From Myxococcota bacterium (GTDB taxonomy: Bacteria > Myxococcota_A > Bradymonadia > UBA4248): a stretch of DNA of 64,000 nucleotides. Numbering within the stretch: position 1 is the first letter of the stretch; every line of letters begins with the position of its first letter. This document shows, one piece after another, positions 58,501 through 64,000 of this stretch. The position numbers were made by a program, and so were the translations under genes. The stretch lies in NCBI GenBank assembly GCA_045599245.1, contig JAZRVP010000220.1, positions 590 through 64,589 of the forward strand. The letters run 5' to 3'. The notes beneath the pieces are model-generated. The model saw only the letters and a program-made list of their open reading frames with translations, did no database searches and was not told the origin of the DNA.

Positions 58501-59223
58501 CTGCCAAAGGCCATTGAGGCCGTTCGTGAAACCGATGACGACGGAAATCCAAAATATCAGCACATGCCTTATATCGTGATCGTCGTCGATGAATTTGCTG
58601 ACCTCATGATGACGGCCGGTAAAGAAATCGAGCGATCGATTGCCCGCCTTGCTCAAAAAGCCAGAGCTGCAGGCATTCACATCATACTCGCGACACAGCG
58701 TCCTTCGACGAATGTCATTACGGGCGTTATCAAGGCCAATTTCCCGACACGACTTGCATTCCGCGTGTTCAGCTATGTCGATTCGCGAACAATTCTCGAT
58801 ACGAAAGGTGCCGAGTGCCTTCTCGGTATGGGCGACAGTTTGTTCCTGCCTCCAAATACCGCTGTGCTTCAGCGCGTTCACGGCGCGTTCGTTTCGGATG
58901 ACGAGGTTCAGGCAATCGTTGGCTTTTTGTCGAGTCAGCGTGCGCCAGAATACAATCTCGATATCACAACTCCAAAAGATGAGGAAGGCGACGGCGACAA
59001 CGATGAATCAATGGCCGGCAGCTCGTCCGAATTCGATCCCCTTTATGACAAGGCGGTTCAGATCGTGGCTGAGACGCGCCAGGCATCGGCATCATTCCTT
59101 CAGAGACGCATGAGCATTGGGTTTAATCGTGCTGCTCGCATTATTGAACAGATGGAACGCGAAGGCGTGATCGGTCCGCAGCGTGGCCAGAAACCCCGTG
59201 AAGTATTTATTCAGCCTGTATAA
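55504..59223 (+). CDS. ftsK: DNA translocase FtsK
   Basis: A basic N-terminal extension precedes the 4-5 TM helices. A long acidic linker follows. The C-terminal motor has Walker A GSTGSGKS and Walker B IVIVVDEFADLMM, plus ILATQRPS and a gamma/winged-helix domain (SASFLQRRMSIGFNRAARIIEQME). Confidence 0.9.
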   Translation: MAENKKNQKTSGADKTKKRKQQSVQKRAIESSAARTRGSRERKSVSNGRNVKRDANPRIVQPNPRRIQKNSKLYNGFIAAIFILIGIVLFLMLFSYSAPEVAGDMETAGNLFGVLGAWIANIMLTLFGIGAFVFSAVSLFMGVRTACGKQFEISSTQIIGLILLIFGVSPLAQMGFDGNLLDNAPGGALGKWLVEFGSEKMPSAGFAAICSALTLFGGLLVTDTRFKTFFWGVWHVLSWCFKTIFGALSAPFRQTAPADGDSHVLEDDDDNLSDLSSGHGTQNDDSSDYIEDEADEIEEMKVLSRIVAPQDVVPEKLEAPVELNDDVPAQNLVDESDVSDEQVISDSEEIYRDDSGELDDPDNLCNGLNSHKDYDDAEDEDEEPSSDAVDEIEPEKKPLDKSEVVEDIVARIRKSAVPKGRSIKRSHSVPAVEPDFEFESILEPEQLGQVQKSDETQSQTKTSVLGNWKPRSIAGKNKSDNGANNQKTVSKGVENEGVASEKQIPVPEMPVNVTKDLLAQLASEEISLSAAEPLSKPATAVTRLAPDKLDTRKIDSEKINLGMADTADFKLNRRLIPASETSSDKVTLEAAANNDAANDVTLEKKVKPGKNTALEAIRKALEEENDGWDVPSDFTPRETEKKQPANETVSPSNNQTVVPVSAELRSLMEEAGFHAPKKKWSREPISDEDDDSIDFDSDFIDSEDALLGISRQTVAPKHGSFVVAEEKKRASDDELMEADKARLEKLAQAEYQFPPLSLLHYDPATQKGLDNTALRLYADKIEEKLAEYHIHGQVVQICPGPIITRFEFQPAPGTKVSKIASLTDDLMMALEIASVRILAPIPGKGVVGIEIPNEKRNTIYLKEILASKAFTDAKSILTIALGKDPEGEPVVSDLAKMPHLLVAGSTGSGKSVGINTMICSLLYNASPDDVKLILVDPKCLELSIYEGIPHLLVPPITTPQETAAALDWACDEMDDRYRKLSALGVRNIQGYNEQVKNPTLPKAIEAVRETDDDGNPKYQHMPYIVIVVDEFADLMMTAGKEIERSIARLAQKARAAGIHIILATQRPSTNVITGVIKANFPTRLAFRVFSYVDSRTILDTKGAECLLGMGDSLFLPPNTAVLQRVHGAFVSDDEVQAIVGFLSSQRAPEYNLDITTPKDEEGDGDNDESMAGSSSEFDPLYDKAVQIVAETRQASASFLQRRMSIGFNRAARIIEQMEREGVIGPQRGQKPREVFIQPV

Positions 59224-59232
59224 AAAACGAAC

Positions 59233-59853
59233 ATGATTAAAACATATATTTTTGATATCGATGACACGCTTTATCTCGAAAGAGATTATGTAAAATCCGG
59301 TTTTGGTGCTGTCGGGGAGGCCGTAAACTGTCCATTATTCGGTGAAAAATGCTGGGCCATGTTTGAAGCCGGTGTGCGCGGCAATACATTTGATTTGGCC
59401 AAAGCGGAATATCCTGAAATCGTGCAGGATACGCGGGAACTGGTCAATATATATCGATGTCATTATCCGAAAATTAGTCTGTGTCCGGATGCAAAACAGT
59501 ATATCTATAAACTTCGTGGCAGAACCGGTGTGATATCGGATGGCCCTGTCGATTCGCAGCGCGCAAAATTCCGTGCACTTGGCCTTCTTCCATGGATCGA
59601 ATGCCCCATATTTACGCAGGAATGCTGTGCATCTAAACCTGCTCCGGCTTCGTTTCAGCTCGCGGCATATACTCTCAATACGCCGTATGAAGAATGTGTA
59701 TATATTGCCGATAATCCAAAAAAAGATTTTGCCGGGCCGAAATCTCTCGGAATGAAAACTATTAGAATTCGTCGTCCGTTGTCGCTTCATTACGATGAGC
59801 CATCGACAGCCGATGTCGATGAGGAATATGAATCATTTGAGGCAATGATGTGA
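59233..59853 (+). CDS. HAD-superfamily hydrolase
   Basis: N-terminal motif I FDIDDTLY (DxD nucleophile), consistent with HAD subfamily IA. 206 aa. Confidence 0.75.
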   Translation: MIKTYIFDIDDTLYLERDYVKSGFGAVGEAVNCPLFGEKCWAMFEAGVRGNTFDLAKAEYPEIVQDTRELVNIYRCHYPKISLCPDAKQYIYKLRGRTGVISDGPVDSQRAKFRALGLLPWIECPIFTQECCASKPAPASFQLAAYTLNTPYEECVYIADNPKKDFAGPKSLGMKTIRIRRPLSLHYDEPSTADVDEEYESFEAMM

Positions 59854-60090
59854 TGTATATATGGAACGCGTCTATGCGCTCTGGCGCATACGACGCGTAT
59901 TGTGCCGGTCTATCGGCGTCGCCGATACGCCCGGCATTCTATGGAGTTTTTGTTTGCAACACCTCGGGATGGGTTGCAAATAATAAAAAATGATATAAAT
60001 GGCTCAATCATCAGCCTGATGATTTGGGTTGAATAAATATATATAAATGTTGAATAAATATATATAAATTATGATATTACAGGGGCCGCT

Positions 60091-60795
60091 ATGAAGAAAA
60101 TACATATCCGAACTTTAGGATTCACATTGCTTTTGGTCTTATTCGGGGCTTGTAATATCTGCTATGCCGATTTGGGACCGACTTGCGGTAGCGGCGGAAG
60201 TAGCGCATATCCGTGCTCCGAAAGCGCTGGAATAGAATGTTATGGTTATTTTTGCAGAGTCGGTAAAGATGATTTTGGAAAATATAACGTACTTGGCGGC
60301 GTCGGTTGGGATAGAAGAGATACTTTTTTTATTACAAATATATTGAACTTTATGATCTATGATAGAGGACAGACTGTCGCTGATTATTGCAAACAATATT
60401 GCAGAAATATGGAAGCAGCTTGTGATACCGATGAATGTCATGCCCGGTTTCAGCCTGTTAATGTTGAGTGTTCTTTGATTGAAGATGAGGATCAACGCAG
60501 GGAATGTGAATATCGATGTAATGATACTATTCTTAGCTCATCCTGTGGCTTGGATTGTATCTTGAATGGCGTTTCTGATGATGATGCTTATAATGGTTGC
60601 GAATGGGCTTCCGGTGTTATGATTGATGAGTGTTATGCTGCCGAAAATAATGATGAAGACTGCGCAACTCTGCCGCTCAAACAGACAAATCACTGGAGTC
60701 TTTTGTCCATTTTATTGACATTACTCGTCGTGGTAACGTCTGGCTTGATTGTCGTCGTGAATCGTAAAAATGAAAAGCAGAACAAGGCTGAATAA
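60091..60795 (+). CDS. Cys-rich exported protein with C-terminal membrane anchor
   Basis: Signal MKKIHIRTLGFTLLLVLFGACNICYA. 26 Cys in ~190 aa. C-terminal TM WSLLSILLTLLVVVTSGLIVVV followed by NRKNEKQNKAE. A hairpin TTCGCCAT..ATGGCGAA follows at 60796-60825. Confidence 0.65.
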   Translation: MKKIHIRTLGFTLLLVLFGACNICYADLGPTCGSGGSSAYPCSESAGIECYGYFCRVGKDDFGKYNVLGGVGWDRRDTFFITNILNFMIYDRGQTVADYCKQYCRNMEAACDTDECHARFQPVNVECSLIEDEDQRRECEYRCNDTILSSSCGLDCILNGVSDDDAYNGCEWASGVMIDECYAAENNDEDCATLPLKQTNHWSLLSILLTLLVVVTSGLIVVVNRKNEKQNKAE

Positions 60796-60835
60796 TGATT
60801 TTCGCCATTCACAGGATGGCGAAAATCCTCGCCCC

Positions 60836-61040
60836 CCCATCAAAGGACTGAGTCCTTTGGAATCCTCAATGTTTTTAGGTGGTATAAGCTTTTTGAGCTG
60901 CCTGACTATTGATTCCTCGTAGGGACCCCATTCACCGGCTTTTCTCTGCATTTGCCTTATAATTGCGAAATAATCCATCTTTCGCCAATCTCTGATCATA
61001 TTTCAGAAGATTTGTGAATTACCCCTGCTGAGCTGTAACG
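60836..61040 (+). repeat. Copy E of the mosaic intergenic repeat
   Basis: CAAAGGACTGAGTCCTTTGGAATCCTCAATGTTTTTAGG...TATAATTGCGAAATAATCC...CATATTTCAGAAGATTTGTGAATTACCCCTGCTGAGCTGTAACGG. It ends ~105 bp before the DsbA-family gene start. Confidence 0.75.
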
Positions 61041-61144
61041 GTTTGTCTGTTTATTTTCAAAAGGCATATTCAGATTGAAATAGATTGATGTTACAATATC
61101 GTTTCATGATAGGCACTGTATAGTGGCCGGAAAAAGTCATAAAG

Positions 61145-61993
61145 ATGAGGTGCATGATGATGAAACGCGTTGTCTCGGTTTTGTTTGGAATTTTGGGAAC
61201 ATTTTGGGGGGTCAATGCTTTGGCTGAAACGCCGGTTTGTGACGGGCTGATGGATAGTGCCAAAAAAGCGTTTGATGAAGTCGTTTCGACATCACATGCC
61301 TACGGATGCTGCACGGATACGATACAAAACTGTTTGAATGAGAAACCGGAATGCAAATCAGCGCGTTATTTATTTGAGGATGCCTGCAATGCGGCGAAAA
61401 CCGGAAAAAAAGATGGGATTGCCAAGGCGGTTGACGAACGCAGGAAGGCGATGGATCCAGCCATTGAGCCGGTACCGATCGTGATGATCCCTCGATATGT
61501 CTGGGGAAATCCAGAATCTAAGACCGTTCTCACGGTTTATTTGTGCGGCCGATGTCCGTACTGTTCACGCCATGTGCCTAAGCTCGTGGCCGAGCTTGAA
61601 AATCAACAGCTCAAAGATAAAATCGCTCTGAATTTGCGGTATTTTCCAATCAAATCACACGATAAATCGACGCCGGCTGCCATGGCAATCGAAGCAGCGG
61701 CTCAAATGGGAAATGCATGGCCGTATCTCATCAAATCGTATGAAAAGTTTGATGACTTTTCCCTCAATCAAATCTCGATTTGGGCAGGAGAACTTGGACT
61801 TGATGTCGATAAACATGCCGAATGGATGATAAATAAAGAGGCAAGAACATTTGTCTCCGAATCCAAAAAAGAAGGTCTGAAGAATGGGGTGACGACAACG
61901 CCGACTTTCTTTATCAATGGCCGTCGTATTTATCACGAATACGATACCGAATATTTCATTAGTCTGCTTCGTGAAAGCCTTGAAAATCAATGA
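61145..61993 (+). CDS. DsbA-family thiol:disulfide oxidoreductase
   Basis: Signal peptide. Thioredoxin-fold CxxC active site in LCGRCPYCSRH. The cis-Pro region TPTFFINGRR is typical of DsbA. Four alternative ATGs lie at 61145-61160. SD GAGG at 61147-61150 favours 61157 or 61160. Confidence 0.8.
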   Translation: MRCMMMKRVVSVLFGILGTFWGVNALAETPVCDGLMDSAKKAFDEVVSTSHAYGCCTDTIQNCLNEKPECKSARYLFEDACNAAKTGKKDGIAKAVDERRKAMDPAIEPVPIVMIPRYVWGNPESKTVLTVYLCGRCPYCSRHVPKLVAELENQQLKDKIALNLRYFPIKSHDKSTPAAMAIEAAAQMGNAWPYLIKSYEKFDDFSLNQISIWAGELGLDVDKHAEWMINKEARTFVSESKKEGLKNGVTTTPTFFINGRRIYHEYDTEYFISLLRESLENQ

Positions 61994-62063
61994 TTTGAGA
62001 GATTGATAAGTTTGGCTTTGGCTTCGGTTTGCACACTCACTTCAAAATATAAAGGAACAATAT

Positions 62064-64000
62064 ATGAATAAACTTCGATGGCTTTCTTCGGTATTAATTG
62101 TCGCTTTTGTTATGTCATGCAGCAGTTCTCAAAAAGATATACAGTCTGTCGCGGAAACAAGCGTACAACAGAGTGAAGAAACGGCTTCGGAACAAGATAA
62201 GAACGTGCAAGAGAATAACAAGCTGATGCTTACGCCGGTTGTGTTCAATTCTCAAATGCCGGATGCGGATGCACTGATATTAGCCAGTGAAATGAAGAAG
62301 GTCGCAGGTAAGAAAAAAATCGATGACAAACCGGCGAAGCTGGCAATATCTGATGAAACAACCCTAAAATGGATAAATGCAGCGTTAAATGGGGATGAAA
62401 CGGGCATGTTCATCCTCGCCATGATGTACCGAATTAATAGCAGAATAAAAGATGATGCAATATTTAAATTATCGGGTGAACGAACTGTGAAAAAAGAATG
62501 CGCTTTTAGGGATGATTACGAACAGGTCGTACATGAAGACCATGACAGTTTTCACGAAATGCTTCGATGGATTATCAAACTTGAGGATGAGAGTTCGGCT
62601 TTTTCAGAGCTTCTCAAATCGCCGACATTGATCTACCACTTGCCTAAAAGTTTGAATGTTCCAAAGGATGGCGGAGCGGAAGCCTTTAAGTGGTTAGAGA
62701 ATATGGCTAGTCACGAGTTCGCGGATGCAGAATATTTATTGGCGATTTTATATCTTAATGGCGTTATGACAGATGTTGATATTGAAAAAGGTGTTTTAAT
62801 GATGCGGCGTGCGGCCATTCATGGGCTTGATGTCGCTCAATATAACCTCGCCATGATGTATAAATTCGGAATTCATATTCCTGAAATAAGTCCTGATTCT
62901 CCAGATTGGATGACGTTTGAACCGGGAGCTGATGAATACTGGTTGAAACAGGCGGCTGCAAGTCATCCGAGTGCAATGCTCTATACAAAAATAGAAAAAA
63001 TTGAACAGACATATAAAAATGGTGAGAATGTTAATGATATATTGCGGGATGGTAGATATACCCTGAAAAAACATGCCTGGTATTATTTATTGGTAAAGGG
63101 CAATTTTTCGGAAACGTGTAAATATAATTATGATGAAGGGAACATTGGACAAAAGATGAGCGGATATTATCTTGATGATTTAAAATTAAATGAGTGCTTT
63201 AGTAATTATTGGAATGATGAAATTATACCTGGTATTGAGGATTCGGATTATGAAGAAGAAGGTTGTAATGACGAAGACAGGGAATATGAGTCTGATGATA
63301 TGGATGATCCGGAATGCGTTGCCGCCTATGAGATTTACCAGCAGATTAATGAACGAGAGTATGTTTCAATGCACTATAGCATTGACTATGCACTGGATAA
63401 TGCGTGGTTGACCAAAGAGGCTGAGAATGAGAATAAGGTATATTTTCGTCAATTAAGAGCATTGACTTTGGCTGGAAAGGGATGCCGCGGCGTGGATGAG
63501 AGCGGCAATCCTCTGGAAACGGCCAAGTCTTTGATTTTGTCCGGGATGAATGAAAATAATGCGTCTGAAAAATATTTTCAGATCGGTAACTTGTATTATG
63601 TCGATGAAGGAAATTATGAAAAAGCCTTTGAATATTATAAAAAATCATCAAATGAAGGTAACTTGAATGGTAAAAAAATGTTTTATCTGGTGCTGAGTCG
63701 TCGTGATCCTGAAGAGATATTGTATAAGATTAATTTGGAAAATCCGGATGTTCTGGCTTATGATAGTCTTGTCAATGATATCGGTGAAAGTTGTGGGATG
63801 GAATACGCTTCCCTGTTTGCCGGTAATATCGTACAGAAAGTTTTAAAGAATAAATCGTCGTCTAAAAATGTAGAAATTGCATTGAAATGGTTTTATCGAT
63901 TTGTCGAACACCGTTTTGGGGATTACGAGTTTTATGAAAGGTCTGATTTAGGAATGTTGCTTAATCAGATGCTTGAATTGTTAGTCAAAAACGATGGAAA
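62064..64000 (+). CDS. Sel1-like repeat lipoprotein (partial; continues past the right edge)
   Basis: ATG 62064 lies after SD AAAGGAAC. Lipoprotein signal MNKLRWLSSVLIVAFVMSCSS. The frame is open to the window end; it is absent from the track because it runs off the edge. Sel1-like repeats (AEYLLAILYLNGVMTDVDIEKGVLMMRRAAIHGLDVAQYNLAMMYKFG). Confidence 0.7.
   Translation, partial: MNKLRWLSSVLIVAFVMSCSSSQKDIQSVAETSVQQSEETASEQDKNVQENNKLMLTPVVFNSQMPDADALILASEMKKVAGKKKIDDKPAKLAISDETTLKWINAALNGDETGMFILAMMYRINSRIKDDAIFKLSGERTVKKECAFRDDYEQVVHEDHDSFHEMLRWIIKLEDESSAFSELLKSPTLIYHLPKSLNVPKDGGAEAFKWLENMASHEFADAEYLLAILYLNGVMTDVDIEKGVLMMRRAAIHGLDVAQYNLAMMYKFGIHIPEISPDSPDWMTFEPGADEYWLKQAAASHPSAMLYTKIEKIEQTYKNGENVNDILRDGRYTLKKHAWYYLLVKGNFSETCKYNYDEGNIGQKMSGYYLDDLKLNECFSNYWNDEIIPGIEDSDYEEEGCNDEDREYESDDMDDPECVAAYEIYQQINEREYVSMHYSIDYALDNAWLTKEAENENKVYFRQLRALTLAGKGCRGVDESGNPLETAKSLILSGMNENNASEKYFQIGNLYYVDEGNYEKAFEYYKKSSNEGNLNGKKMFYLVLSRRDPEEILYKINLENPDVLAYDSLVNDIGESCGMEYASLFAGNIVQKVLKNKSSSKNVEIALKWFYRFVEHRFGDYEFYERSDLGMLLNQMLELLVKNDG

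Noticed and set aside
57226-58881. 551-aa minus-strand ORF
   Set aside because: It is antisense to the FtsK motor domain.
1-64000. CRISPR arrays, rRNA genes, transposases, integrases, prophage genes
   Set aside because: No regularly spaced short direct repeats with unique spacers, no rRNA-like sequence and no recognisable transposase or integrase ORFs were seen. The tandem repeats present are all intragenic and protein-coding.

Overview
This 64-kb window looks like a chromosomal stretch from a moderate-GC (~50%) Gram-negative bacterium. Gene content is Fibrobacter-like (many Cys-rich lipoproteins, TSP3-repeat proteins, GH13 enzymes), but I cannot confirm the taxon from sequence alone. About 35 genes are supportable.

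Housekeeping genes:
- DNA polymerase I, FtsK, and the RNA methyltransferases RsmD and an RsmF-like enzyme.
- A ROK-family sugar kinase, an XdhC-family protein, a PSP1/RicT-like protein, an orphan [FeFe]-hydrogenase maturase HydF, and a HAD hydrolase.
- Two tandem tRNA-Ala(GGC) genes and a tRNA-Gln(TTG).

Accessory regions:
- (a) A family of paralogous Cys-rich lipoproteins at 15359-17389, 40973-44287, 44317-47595 and 47710-49347. They are built from ~36-45-aa Cys-framework modules. One is fused to a GlgX-type debranching enzyme, and the locus sits next to a GH13 alpha-amylase lipoprotein.
- (b) A eukaryote-like Ser/Thr signalling cluster at 31982-38555: a PP2C phosphatase, a zinc-ribbon/GYF-like membrane protein, a Ser/Thr kinase with a tandem-repeat tail, and a coiled-coil membrane protein.
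- (c) A >1400-aa metzincin-motif lipoprotein (HEMGHGFGLRH) that runs off the left edge of the window.
- (d) A 1096-aa secreted protein with thrombospondin type-3 Ca-binding repeats.
- (e) A VIT-vWA protein next to a cytoplasmic GAF-domain histidine kinase.

The most striking non-coding signal is a mosaic intergenic repeat family with terminal inverted repeats (GTTACTACTCACC ... GGTGAGTAGTAAC). I count 8 full or partial copies. Nearly all are oriented with the same end pointing at the start of a nearby gene, and that end carries a promoter-like TTGCGA-N17-TAGATAT block. I also see a second family of short REP-like palindromes (GCGTATCGGCAAAGCCGATAGC, GCATACGC hairpins) at gene 3' ends.

I found no rRNA genes, CRISPR arrays, transposases or integrases. 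The six-frame ORF track omits ORFs that run off a window edge. The first and last CDS below were therefore inferred from reading frame and the sequence itself.
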